DNA of 64,000 nucleotides from Nannocystis bainbridge (GTDB lineage Bacteria; Myxococcota_A; Polyangia; Nannocystales; Nannocystaceae), in contig NZ_JAQNDL010000001.1 in the NCBI RefSeq assembly GCF_028368995.1, positions 3,168,001 to 3,232,000 on the forward strand, in the 5' to 3' direction. Shown here one piece after another: positions 12,983-24,648 of the stretch. The notes beneath the pieces were generated by a model. The model made no database searches. It was not told the DNA's origin and worked only from the letters and a program-made list of their open reading frames with translations. The stretch's first letter is position 1; each line of letters begins with the position of its first letter. The position numbers and the translations under genes are program-made.

Positions 12983-13674
12983 CCGGGCTCCGCCTCTACC
13001 TCGTCCGTCACGGCGAACCCATCCGGCCCGACGTGTTCATCGGCCACGCCGACGTCGGGCTGTCGGCGCGGGGGCTGCTTCAGGCCGAGGCCGCTGCGCG
13101 GGCGCTGGCCGACGTGCCGCTCGCGGCGATCTACAGCTCCGACCTCGAGCGGGCCACGATCGGCGCCGCGCGGATCACCGCCCTCGGACCTGAGCGTCCT
13201 GCGCCGGTCATTCTCCCGGCGCTCCGCGAGATGAATCTCGGCGTGCTCGAAGGCGTGGCCTTCCGCGACGGGCGCGCCCAAGTGCCCGAGCTCGCCAGCA
13301 TCGGTTACGACGACCTCTTCGACCACCGCCTCCCGGGCGCCGAAAGCGTGCGCGACCTCGCCGAACGGGTCCTGCCCTGCATCCTCGCCCTCGTGGCTCG
13401 CCACCTGCGCGGCCCGGACGCGTCCCGCCGCAGCCCCGCCCCGGCGATCGCCGTCGTCGCCCACAACACCGTGAACCGCGTCGTCCTGGCCTGCGCCGCG
13501 GGCCTCGGGCCGGCCGGTTATCCCCGCTTCGAGCAGGCCCAAGGCGCGCTCAGCCGGGTCGATTTTCCTGCGACCTGGAGCGCGGCGGATCCGTGGGCCA
13601 CGACGCGAATCGGGCTCGTCAACTGGTCGCCGGGAGCGTCCGAGACGGGTGAGACGAACCGCCGCGCCCGCTAG
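12979..13674 (+). CDS. Histidine phosphatase family protein (PGM/CobC-like)
   Basis: LVRHGE, IYSSDLERA, LREMNLG, PGAES, VVAHN. GTGA overlap with folE. Confidence 0.88.
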   Translation: MTGLRLYLVRHGEPIRPDVFIGHADVGLSARGLLQAEAAARALADVPLAAIYSSDLERATIGAARITALGPERPAPVILPALREMNLGVLEGVAFRDGRAQVPELASIGYDDLFDHRLPGAESVRDLAERVLPCILALVARHLRGPDASRRSPAPAIAVVAHNTVNRVVLACAAGLGPAGYPRFEQAQGALSRVDFPATWSAADPWATTRIGLVNWSPGASETGETNRRAR

Positions 13675-13766
13675 AGCAATTCATGCGCGTTTGTGCCCCG
13701 CCCGGCCTACTGGCCCCCGGACTGGTGGCGGCCGGCAGCAGGGGGGGTATAAAGCAGCGTCGCCCC

Positions 13767-14483
13767 ATGCTCACGGCCAGGTCCACACCGCTGCCCGAAG
13801 TTTTGGCAGCGCTGCCGATCTTCCCGCTGCCGAACGTCGTCCTGCTGCCGGGTATGGTGCTGCCGCTCAACGTGTTCGAGCCGCGCTACTTGCAGCTCGT
13901 CGACCACGCGCTGAGTGAAGGCCAGCACATCGGCGTGCCGCTGCTGCGGCCGCGCGGCGAACGGACAGCCGAGCGCAAGCCGGCGATCGAGCCGGTGTTC
14001 GGGCTCGGCAAGCTGGTATTCCACCTGCGCCTGCCCGACGGTCGGCGGTTGATCCGCCTCGAAGGCCTCGGCCGCGTGCAGCTCGTGCGCGAGCTGTCGG
14101 GGGCCAACCTCTTCCGCGAGGCCGAGGTCGAGGCGCTGCCCGAGCCGCCCGTGTTCGACAAGCCGTCGCTGCTGCTGCTGCGCTCGCAGATCGAGCGGCT
14201 GGCCCGGCTGTCGGGCGACGACGGCGACGCGCTCGGCTCGCTGCTCGCGCTGCCCGACCCGCGGATCCTCCTCTACGCGCTGACCGCCTTCCTCCCCAGC
14301 CTCGAGCTGCTCGGCGGCCACGACGTCGCGTCCGCCGCCGCCCGCCGCGAGCTCGTCGACCTCCAGCAGCAGAGCCTGGCCGCCGACACCCCCGAGGACC
14401 GCCTCGGCTTCCTCGTCGACCGCACCGCGTTCCTCCTGCGCCGCCTCGGCGACGGCCCCGAGGCCTCGATCCTGCTCAACTAG
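13767..14483 (+). CDS. LON peptidase substrate-binding (N-terminal) domain protein
   Basis: LPIFPLPNVVLLPGMVLPLNVFEPRY...LPDGR.LI.LEGLGR. No ATPase or protease domain. Confidence 0.85.
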   Translation: MLTARSTPLPEVLAALPIFPLPNVVLLPGMVLPLNVFEPRYLQLVDHALSEGQHIGVPLLRPRGERTAERKPAIEPVFGLGKLVFHLRLPDGRRLIRLEGLGRVQLVRELSGANLFREAEVEALPEPPVFDKPSLLLLRSQIERLARLSGDDGDALGSLLALPDPRILLYALTAFLPSLELLGGHDVASAAARRELVDLQQQSLAADTPEDRLGFLVDRTAFLLRRLGDGPEASILLN

Positions 14484-14484
14484 C

Positions 14485-14574
14485 GGACATGTCCGCCGCG
14501 ACATGCTCGATGGAGCATGTCCGCCGCGACATGCCCGCCGAAGCATGTTCTGTAGGACATCTCGCAGGACATGC
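14485..14574. repeat. 14-bp-phased tandem array (5-6 units) of the TGTCC-N4-GGACA family between convergent genes
   Basis: CAT at 14488/14502/14516/14530/14544/14558. Units include TGTCC-GCCG-CGACA twice and TGTTC-TGTA-GGACA. Degenerate copies continue to about 14695. Confidence 0.85.
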
Positions 14575-14703
14575 CCGGAAGCTCCGCCGCTCATGCTCTG
14601 CACATGTTCGGAGGCTCTGTCCGCTGCGTCCGGCCGCATCGCCATGTCCGCCGCGCCCGCTGCATGCTCCGCGGGACGCCCCGCAAAGCATGAGCCCGTT
14701 CGC

Positions 14704-15789
14704 TCAGGTCACCGTGCGCAGCAGGCTGCTGCGCTTGGGCCCGGTCGCGCTGAGCTTGCTGAGGGCCAGCGCCGCGCGGGCGGCCACGTCGGTCAGGGCC
14801 TTGGCCTGCTCGCTCGCGGGCGCGCCCTCGACCACCGGCACCCCGGACTCGCCGCCGTAGGAGATCTTGTTGTCGATCGGGACCTGGCCGAGCAGGTCGA
14901 CGCCGAGCTCGCGGGCCAGCGCCACGCCGCCGCCGCTGGCGAAGATCGCGTCGTGGTGGCCGCACGACGGACACACGTAGTAGCTCATGTTCTCGACCAC
15001 GCCGACGACCGGCACCTCGAGTTTATTGAACATGTTGACCGCGCGGCGGACGTCGATGAGCGCGACCTCCTGCGGCGTGGTGACCATGATCGAGCCAGTG
15101 ATCGGGATCAGCTGGGCGAGCGAGAGCTGGGCGTCACCTGTCCCCGGGGGAAGGTCGACGATCAGGTAGTCGATCTCGCCCCACTCGACGTCCTCGAGGA
15201 ACTGCTTGAGCAGCTTGTGGATCATCGGCCCGCGCCAGACCACGGCGTTGCCGGGCTCGACGAAGAAGGCGACGCTCATCACGGGGATCCCGCGGTAGAG
15301 CGCGGGGCTGATGCGGTCGCCGGACAGGGTCGTCGAGGTCTCGCGCTCCGGCGTCCCGAGCATCTTCGGCACGCTCGGCCCGTAGATGTCGGCATCGAGC
15401 AGCGCCACCTTGGCGCCGAGGCGGTGCAGCGCCATCGCCGTGTTGACGCTGACGGTGCTCTTGCCGACGCCGCCCTTGCCGGCCGCGACCGCGAGGACGT
15501 TCTTGACCGTGGGCAGGCGGTTCAGGTCCTGGCGCGCCGGCTTCTGCGGCACCTTGAGGCCCCACTCGATCGTGCCGCGGAGGTTGCGAGCGGCCAGCGC
15601 CGCGACCACCGACGCCTCGAGGGCCTCGCGCAGCGGGAAGCCCGGCGAGATCAGATCGATCTTGAACGTCGCCTCGCCCGCCGCATCGATGCGGACGTCC
15701 GAGACCTGGTCGGCGACGATCTCGCGGCCCGTCGCCGGGTCCTTGACGCCCGACAGCGCGGCCAGCACTTGCTCCACGGTGACGCTCAT
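14704..15789 (-). CDS. apbC: Mrp/NBP35 (ApbC) Fe-S cluster carrier ATPase
   Basis: AAGKGGVGKST, DADIYGPS, VWRGPM, DLPPGTGD, VTTPQEVA, ENMS..VCPSCG. Confidence 0.95.
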   Translation of the reverse strand: MSVTVEQVLAALSGVKDPATGREIVADQVSDVRIDAAGEATFKIDLISPGFPLREALEASVVAALAARNLRGTIEWGLKVPQKPARQDLNRLPTVKNVLAVAAGKGGVGKSTVSVNTAMALHRLGAKVALLDADIYGPSVPKMLGTPERETSTTLSGDRISPALYRGIPVMSVAFFVEPGNAVVWRGPMIHKLLKQFLEDVEWGEIDYLIVDLPPGTGDAQLSLAQLIPITGSIMVTTPQEVALIDVRRAVNMFNKLEVPVVGVVENMSYYVCPSCGHHDAIFASGGGVALARELGVDLLGQVPIDNKISYGGESGVPVVEGAPASEQAKALTDVAARAALALSKLSATGPKRSSLLRTVT

Positions 15790-16233
15790 GGCTTGTTCTC
15801 CTCCGCCGTCGATGTCGCGCCGAGATCCTCGTGCCGCACGAACAGATCGTAATGCGGCACGCGCTGCCGCCGCCCGTGTTCGCGCCCGTGCGCGTCGGCC
15901 GTCGCCTCGTCCATGCGCCCGTCGTAGGTCGCGCCCGGCGGCTCGTCGACCACCCGCGCGGTGAACCCTGACTCACATGGCCCGCGGGACGTGCACGCCA
16001 TCACGCCGGGCGTCGTCTCGCGGCCGAGCTCGTCGCTACGCCGGTTCGGCCGCCCCAGCGCCGCTTCGCCGCCACGCCGCGTGGAGCTGCCTGAAAGCGC
16101 GTCCGGGTCGCGCAGGTTCTGACAGGCAAACACGAGCGAAGACTGCTGCATGGCGCGGCGCCCACCTGTAACACGAGGACTTTGCTCGGCCGGCGCGCCG
16201 GCTTACAATGTCGGCGGAGCCAACGCACAGGTT

Positions 16234-16800
16234 ATGGCAGTCCTCGACATCGTCAAGTATCCCGACCAGCGGCTGCGCGAAGCGACGTTCGACGTCGGCG
16301 AGATCACCGACGACATCCGTCAGCTCGTCCGCGACCTGATCGATACGATGTATTCGCTGAACGCCGCCGGCATCGCCGCGATCCAGGTCGGGCGGCTCGA
16401 GCGGGTGTTCGTGCTCGACGGCAAGGTCCCCGCCGGCGGCGACGACAACAGCCCCCCGCTCGTCTTCATCAACCCCGAGCTGGTCGAGACCGGCAAGGGC
16501 CTCGCGGTCGCCGAGGAGGGCTGCCTCAGCTTCCCCGGCGTGTACGTCGACGTGAAGCGCCCGCGCTGGGCCAAGGTCCGCGCCCGCGACCTCGACGGCA
16601 AGACGGTCGAGGTCGACGGCGACGGCCTCCTCGGTCGCGCCCTCCAGCACGAGCACGACCACCTCACCGGCAAGCTGATGATCGACCTCGTCGGCACGAT
16701 CAAGAAAGAGGTCATCAAGCGCAAGATGAAGCGCTGGCACGCCGACCACGACGGCGAGAAGCCCGCCGCCGGCACGCCCAGCCTGCCCGAGCTCGTCTGA
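16234..16800 (+). CDS. def: Peptide deformylase
   Basis: GIAAIQVG, EEGCLSFP, QHEHDHL. Confidence 0.96.
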   Translation: MAVLDIVKYPDQRLREATFDVGEITDDIRQLVRDLIDTMYSLNAAGIAAIQVGRLERVFVLDGKVPAGGDDNSPPLVFINPELVETGKGLAVAEEGCLSFPGVYVDVKRPRWAKVRARDLDGKTVEVDGDGLLGRALQHEHDHLTGKLMIDLVGTIKKEVIKRKMKRWHADHDGEKPAAGTPSLPELV

Positions 16801-16827
16801 GCCGGCCGCTGCCGAGGCTCTCGTGCA

Positions 16828-16858
16828 CGGCCGCCCACCCGGGCGGCCGATGCTTTTT
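16828..16858 (+). terminator. Putative intrinsic terminator after def
   Basis: CGGCCGCCC-ACCC-GGGCGGCCG stem followed by ATGCTTTTT. Confidence 0.55.
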
Positions 16859-17009
16859 GCGCGGCTCGTGAAGGTCGGGCCTCGTGCTGTCCGACCTTCG
16901 AGCTCGTCGGGCACGTCGGCGACCGAGGCTCGCGGGTCTTCAGCATCGAGCCGGGCGGCAGTGATTTGTCGTCGCGGCCGCCCGCCGTCCGGGCGGCCTG
17001 TACCCGCCG

Positions 17010-19307
<2,298 letters not shown>

Positions 19308-19413
19308 GGGCCCGCAAGATACTCGCAGCGCCCCGGGTCGTCACGTTCTACGCGCGTACGCCGGCGCGCACGCCGGTTCGCGGGCGCGCGCAGGCCCCTA
19401 CGCGCGGCGCTCG

Positions 19414-20325
19414 CTAGCGGTCGAGCAGCTTGTGCACCTGCGTCCGCTCCCACAGCACCGCCTCGGCGTAGCGGTCGAAGAGCGCCTCTGCGCGGCGGAA
19501 CTCGGGCGTGTGATAGACCCGGCGGCCGTCGACGATCGGCATGTCGTGCACCTCGTGAAGCATCTCATGGTAGATGATCCACTCGACGAAGAAGCGCGGG
19601 ACGTCGGCGGCATCGAGCACCGGATGCACGCGGATCAGCTGCTCCTCGATCGAGTAGGAGCCGAGCTTGATCGACTCGCGCCCGGGCTTGCGGCGGGCCC
19701 GCGGACCCCAGGTGATCTTGGCCTCGATGGTGCCGCCGAAGTAGCGCGCGTTGAGGTCGTCGAACAAATCTTGCAGGTTGAAGTGCGCGCCCTGGGTGTC
19801 GAGCTGCTGCGCCCGCGGCCGCTCGGCGTCGCGGATGAGGTGCTCGTTGCCGTCGATGTAGCGGCGCAGCAGCACCCCCGCCTCGCGGTCCTGCGACTGC
19901 GCGTAGCGGGCGACCGCTCGCAGCACCGCGGGCGGAGCGGCCGCGAACATCCGGTGCATGCGCAAGGTGTAGACGCCCTGGCCGCGCTTGACCGACAGCA
20001 TGGTGTGCACGTTGTCGGTGAAGATGATGCGCGCGCGATGACCCGCCTTCAGGTAGGCCGACAGCCGCCGCTGCAGCCACTGGCGCAGCGCGTCCTCGGT
20101 GGCCGGGTCGAGCTCGCCGGCCGCCGCTCGCTCGGCCGCGGCGGTCAAGGCCTCCTCGAGGTCGTCGCCGAACTCGCCGCCGACATCGACCTCGAAGTCT
20201 TCTTCCTCGTGGCCCTCGGCGTCACGGTCGCCGCGCGAGCTCGGCGCGGGCAGCACGGCCTCGGCCGGCGGTTCGACGTCGACGAGGCGGAGCGCGGGGG
20301 CGGTGGCGGAGCGGTCGGACTTCAT
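19414..20325 (-). CDS. SprT-like / M48-like zinc metalloprotease domain protein
   Basis: LFDDLNARYF, KLGSY, IRVHPVLD, IIYHEMLHE, HTPEF. Start uncertain (20325 or 20409). Confidence 0.75.
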   Translation of the reverse strand: MKSDRSATAPALRLVDVEPPAEAVLPAPSSRGDRDAEGHEEEDFEVDVGGEFGDDLEEALTAAAERAAAGELDPATEDALRQWLQRRLSAYLKAGHRARIIFTDNVHTMLSVKRGQGVYTLRMHRMFAAAPPAVLRAVARYAQSQDREAGVLLRRYIDGNEHLIRDAERPRAQQLDTQGAHFNLQDLFDDLNARYFGGTIEAKITWGPRARRKPGRESIKLGSYSIEEQLIRVHPVLDAADVPRFFVEWIIYHEMLHEVHDMPIVDGRRVYHTPEFRRAEALFDRYAEAVLWERTQVHKLLDR

Positions 20326-20595
20326 CGCGGCGGAGCGCCCTGCGGGCGCCTGGCGACCACGCAGGTCGGATGCGGTCGAGTCTCTCGGTGCGAGCGGCAT
20401 CATAGGCATCGGTATCGAGGTTACGAGTTCGCGGTGATCTCGATGGGATCAACGAGCGCGATGTAGGATATCCGCCTACGCACCGGCGTCGAATTCGTGG
20501 GGGTTTGGGCCCGCCTCGCCGGTCGCGGTGCGAAATTTGATCTGTCCTGCGCGATCTGGAAAGGCCCCCCGCCACGCGGCGTACACTGCGGACGC

Positions 20596-21267
20596 ATGCA
20601 CCTGCGCGTCCTGCTCTTCGCGGGCCTCCGCGAGCGCCTCCGCCGCGACAGCGTCGACCTCGAGCTGCCCGCCGGGGCGCGCGTCCGCGACCTGCTCGCC
20701 GCCCTCGCCCGCGACCAGCCCGACCTCGCGCCCGGCCTCGCGGTCTGCCGCGTCGCCGTCGACCACGAGTTCGTGGCCGCCGACCACCCGCTCGCCGAGG
20801 GCAGCGAGGTCGCCGTCATCCCGCCCGTCAGCGGCGGCCACGACGGACCCGCCGCCTATCAATTGATCAAGGACCGCCCGCTGGCCCTGGCCGACGTCGT
20901 CGCCGCGGTCGCCCACGCCGGCGCCGGCGGCATCGACATCTTCGTCGGCAACGTCCGCGATCGCAGCCGCGGCCACGACATCGCCCGCCTCGAGTACGAG
21001 GCCTACGAGCCGATGGCGCTGCGGGTGATGCGGCAGATCGGCGCCGCGATCGAGGCCGAGACGCCGGGCGTGCGGGTGGCGATCCACCACCGCCTCGGGG
21101 TGCTGCAGATCGGCGACAGCGCCGTGATCGTGGCCGCCTCGGCGCCGCACCGCGCCGAGGCGTTCGCGGCCTGCCGCGCGGCCATCGAGCAGCTCAAGCA
21201 GGACGTGCCGATCTGGAAGCGCGAGGTCGCCACCGACGGCCTCACGTGGGTCGTGCAAGGGCCGTGA
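20596..21267 (+). CDS. moaX: Fused molybdopterin synthase MoaD-MoaE
   Basis: MoaD part LFAGLRE...IPPVSGG, followed by MoaE part FVGNVRD, LEYEAYEPMA, HRLG, PHRAEAF, KQDVPIWKRE. Confidence 0.92.
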   Translation: MHLRVLLFAGLRERLRRDSVDLELPAGARVRDLLAALARDQPDLAPGLAVCRVAVDHEFVAADHPLAEGSEVAVIPPVSGGHDGPAAYQLIKDRPLALADVVAAVAHAGAGGIDIFVGNVRDRSRGHDIARLEYEAYEPMALRVMRQIGAAIEAETPGVRVAIHHRLGVLQIGDSAVIVAASAPHRAEAFAACRAAIEQLKQDVPIWKREVATDGLTWVVQGP

Positions 21268-21309
21268 TGCACCTTCGGACATGTCCTGATAGACATGTCC
21301 GAATAGACA
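21268..21309. repeat. Three head-to-tail 14-bp units of the TGTCC-N4-GGACA family
   Basis: TGCAC-CTTC-GGACA, TGTCC-TGAT-AGACA, TGTCC-GAAT-AGACA, starting immediately after the moaX stop. Confidence 0.85.
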
Positions 21310-21509
21310 TATCGTTCGCCCTCGCCTGCGCCCCGTAGACTTTCGCCTGGGGTCTCGACGCGATGGCCGGCCCGCGGCGACCCTCCTCCGCGACAGTGAC
21401 GCTTCGACCCGCGAGCTTCCGGCCCTCTCGCAGCGGCGGCCGGCGCGGCGGACTCGCGGGCGCGCGGGCGACCCCGACGCCCGGCCGCTGGGGTACTCTC
21501 GCCCGGCCC

Positions 21510-24506
21510 ATGGCCCGCTACGCCCCGCTCTTCCTCCTCTTCTTCCTGTCAGGCATCAGCGGCCTCATCTACGAGTCGATCTGGTCGCGCTACATCAAGC
21601 AGTTCGTCGGCAGCGCCGCCACCGCCCAGGTCCTCGTGCTCAGCCTGTTCATGGGCGGCATGGCGCTCGGCTCGCTGCTGGCCTCGCGCCGGCTCGCGGG
21701 CGTGCGCCGACCGGTGCGCGCGTACGGCCTGATCGAGGGCGGCATCGGCCTGTACGCGCTGGCGTTCCCGTGGCTCAGCGAGCTGGCGATGCGCGTGTGT
21801 TACGACCACGTGTTCCCCGGGCTCGGCGGCGGCTTCGCGGTCGAGGCGGTCAAGTGGAGCGTCGCCGGCCTGCTGATCCTCCCGCCGTGCGTGCTGCTGG
21901 GCATGACCTTCCCGCTGATGAGCGCCGGCATCCTCCGCCGCGACCCCGAGCGCTCCGGCGAGATCCTCAGCTTCCTCTACTTCACCAACAGCATCGGCGC
22001 GGCGCTCGGCGCCTTGCTGTCGGGCTTCGTCCTGGTCGCCAACTTCGGCCTGCCGGGCACCCTCGCCTGCGCCGCCGGCCTCAACATCGTCATCGCCGTG
22101 ATCGCCCTGGCTCACCGCCGCGAGCACGCGCCGATCGTCGAGGACACCGCCGCCTCGGCCGGCACCGACAACCTGGTCAAGCTGCTGCTGCTCGTGGCCT
22201 TCGGGACCGGGCTCTCCTCGTTCATGTACGAGATCGGGTGGATCCGCCTGCTGTCGATGATCATCGGCAGCGCCACCCACTCGTTCGAGGTCATGCTTTC
22301 GGCGTTCGTGTTCGGCCTGGCGATCGGCGGCCTGTGGGTGCGCAAGCGGATGGACCGGTTCAAGCGGCCGGAGCTGGTGCTCGGCATCGTCCAGCTGATC
22401 ATGGGCGTGGCCGCGATCGCGACCTTGCCGGCCTACCAGTGGGCGGTCGAGGCGATCGGCTGGCTGCTGGTCGACTCGCAGGGCAACCGCACCGAGGCGC
22501 TGTGGCAGCAGTTCAACGTCCTCCGCTACGCGCTGTGCCTGCTCATCATGTTCCCGGCGACCTTCTGCGCCGGCATGACCCTGCCGCTCATCACCCACGT
22601 GCTGCTGCGCCGCGGCCAGTCCGAGGGCGTCATCGGCCGCGTCTACGGCTTCAACACCTTCGGCGCGATCGCCGGGGCCGTGCTCGCCGGGCTCGTGCTC
22701 ATGCCGCTCATCGGCCTCCAGCGCGTCATCGTGCTCGGCGCCGCCGTCGACGTCGCCCTCGGCCTCGTGCTCGTGTTCGGCGACGCCCGCCGGGCCAAGC
22801 ACCCGGCCAAGATCCGCAGCTTCGGCCGGATCGCCGCCGGCAGCTCGCTGCTCACCCTCGCGTTCGGCCTGTTCGTCGTCAAGATCGACCCGATGGTCCT
22901 GTCGGCCACCGTGTTCCGCAACGGCCGCACGCGCCTGCCCGAGGGCTTCGAGCTGCTGTCCTACGTCGACGGCCGCACCGCCTCGGTGTCGGTCATCCGC
23001 CTCACCGACGCCCGCGAGTATCGCGTCATCTACACCAACGGCAAGCCCGACGCCTCGGTGGTGCTGAACCGCTACCCCGCCGACCGCGACCCCGAGCTCG
23101 GGCCCGACTTCGCCGGCGACGAGCCCAACCAGGTGCTGGTCGGCCTGCTGCCGCTGATGGCCCGGCCCCAGTCCACCGACGTCGCGCTGATCGGCTTCGG
23201 CTCCGGGGTGACGGCGCACGTGCTGCTCGGGTCGCCGACGCTGCAGCGGCTCGACACCATCGAGATCGAGCGCGAGATGGTGACGGGCTCGCGCAACTTC
23301 TACCCGGCCAACGCGCGCGCCTACGACGACCCGCGCAATCACTTCTGGTTCGACGATGCCAAGGCCTACTTCGCCGGGGCCGCGCGGCAGTTCGACATCA
23401 TCGTGTCCGAGCCGACCAACCCGTGGGTCAGCGGCGTCTCGAGCCTGTTCACCGTCGAGTTCTACCGCGAGGCCAAGCGCTACCTGAAGCCGGGCGGGAT
23501 CCTGGCCCAGTGGCTGCAGGGCTACGAGCTCAGCGACGAGCTGCTGCTGACCGTGCTCGCCGCCCTCGACCAGGAGTTCAGCGACTACCAGATCCTCCGC
23601 GTCGGCGCGAGCGACTGGGTCATCCTCTCGGTCGCCGACGGCGAGCTCGGGCGGCTCAGCGAGCAGCCGTTCACGTGGGCCGAGATGAAGCCCGAGCTGC
23701 AGCTGCTCGGCGTGCACGACATCGGCCAGGTCGACAACCTCGTGGTCGCCAACCGCCGCATGCTGCGCCCGTTCCTCGCCGGTCGCCCGGCCAACTCCGA
23801 CGCCATGCCGCTGCTCGACACCGGCGCCGAGAAAGCCCGCTTCCTCAAGGAGTCGGCCGGCTTCCTCCACCGCATCCGCTGGACCCCCGCGCCGCTGCTC
23901 GAGGTCCTCGGCGGCATCGAGCGCCGGCCCTATCCGGCCGGGGGCATCGGCGACCGTCGCCACCCGCACGTGTTCGAGGAGGCCGAGACCGCGGTCGCGC
24001 TGCTGCGCTTCTACGCCGACCCGACCCAGCGCTTCGCCGAGGACATCAGCCTCACCACCATGAACCAGTGGATCGACGAGCAGCGCCGGATCACCGCCGG
24101 CATCGACGACTGGGACGGCTGGATCGAGGCCACCTACGGCGTCTACATCAACCTCGTGCCGCACCTGCGCCTCGGTGACGTCGCCTGGTGGAAGGACGTC
24201 CTCGCCACCGCCCGCGACCGCAAGGCCCCCGCCGAGGTGCTCGCCTTCCTCGACGCCCTCGACGCCTTGCAGGCGCGCGACCCCGCCCGCCTGCGGGCCC
24301 GCCTCGACGAGCTCGACGGCGGCAAGAGCAAGCTGCTCACCACGGGCATGCGGGCGATCTCTGGCATGGTCGCCCGGGAGCTGGATGGAGCCGATCCCGC
24401 AGCCCGTCGCGCCTGGGCCGAGTCCAACATGGATGGGGTCGCCGACGCCGAGCTCCGCGGTGAGCGCCTGGCCTACGAGGCCCTGCGCGCCTACGCAGGC
24501 CGCTGA
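21510..24506 (+). CDS. Fused MFS-like membrane domain / spermidine synthase-like methyltransferase
   Basis: About 13 TM helices with duplicated SGISGLIYE/GLSSFMYEIGW and GMTFPL/GMTLPL halves. SAM-fold ALIGFGSGVT, IEIE, DDAK, DIIVSEPTNPW. Confidence 0.87.
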   Translation: MARYAPLFLLFFLSGISGLIYESIWSRYIKQFVGSAATAQVLVLSLFMGGMALGSLLASRRLAGVRRPVRAYGLIEGGIGLYALAFPWLSELAMRVCYDHVFPGLGGGFAVEAVKWSVAGLLILPPCVLLGMTFPLMSAGILRRDPERSGEILSFLYFTNSIGAALGALLSGFVLVANFGLPGTLACAAGLNIVIAVIALAHRREHAPIVEDTAASAGTDNLVKLLLLVAFGTGLSSFMYEIGWIRLLSMIIGSATHSFEVMLSAFVFGLAIGGLWVRKRMDRFKRPELVLGIVQLIMGVAAIATLPAYQWAVEAIGWLLVDSQGNRTEALWQQFNVLRYALCLLIMFPATFCAGMTLPLITHVLLRRGQSEGVIGRVYGFNTFGAIAGAVLAGLVLMPLIGLQRVIVLGAAVDVALGLVLVFGDARRAKHPAKIRSFGRIAAGSSLLTLAFGLFVVKIDPMVLSATVFRNGRTRLPEGFELLSYVDGRTASVSVIRLTDAREYRVIYTNGKPDASVVLNRYPADRDPELGPDFAGDEPNQVLVGLLPLMARPQSTDVALIGFGSGVTAHVLLGSPTLQRLDTIEIEREMVTGSRNFYPANARAYDDPRNHFWFDDAKAYFAGAARQFDIIVSEPTNPWVSGVSSLFTVEFYREAKRYLKPGGILAQWLQGYELSDELLLTVLAALDQEFSDYQILRVGASDWVILSVADGELGRLSEQPFTWAEMKPELQLLGVHDIGQVDNLVVANRRMLRPFLAGRPANSDAMPLLDTGAEKARFLKESAGFLHRIRWTPAPLLEVLGGIERRPYPAGGIGDRRHPHVFEEAETAVALLRFYADPTQRFAEDISLTTMNQWIDEQRRITAGIDDWDGWIEATYGVYINLVPHLRLGDVAWWKDVLATARDRKAPAEVLAFLDALDALQARDPARLRARLDELDGGKSKLLTTGMRAISGMVARELDGADPAARRAWAESNMDGVADAELRGERLAYEALRAYAGR

Positions 24507-24541
24507 GCGGTCACCTGTCTCCAGGGACATCTCACTTCGCC

Positions 24542-24574
24542 CTGCACGGGAGGACCGCGCGTCCTCCCGTGCAG
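24542..24574. terminator. Perfect 14-bp-stem hairpin (putative terminator or RNA stabiliser)
   Basis: CTGCACGGGAGGAC-CGCGC-GTCCTCCCGTGCAG, with no U-tract. Preceded by TGTCT-CCAG-GGACA at 24516-24529. Confidence 0.5.
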
Positions 24575-24648
24575 AGCGCACGTGACCCGCACGCGGCGCT
24601 TCGCACCCGGCGGCGCGCGCCAGGTGTAGTCTGTGGCCGACGCGCCGG

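Noticed and set aside
14476-14703. Small ORFs in motif arrays (14476-14691, 14489-14860, 30884-31485, 32598-33218, 49400-49725, 51168-51480)
   Set aside because: Their ATGs and peptides (TCP, GHV, DMS) come from the repeated palindrome, and they show no coding signature.
15790-16233. ORF 15786-16151 in the apbC-def divergent gap
   Set aside because: No recognisable motif. A short peptide gene near 15786-15914 cannot be excluded but is unsupported.
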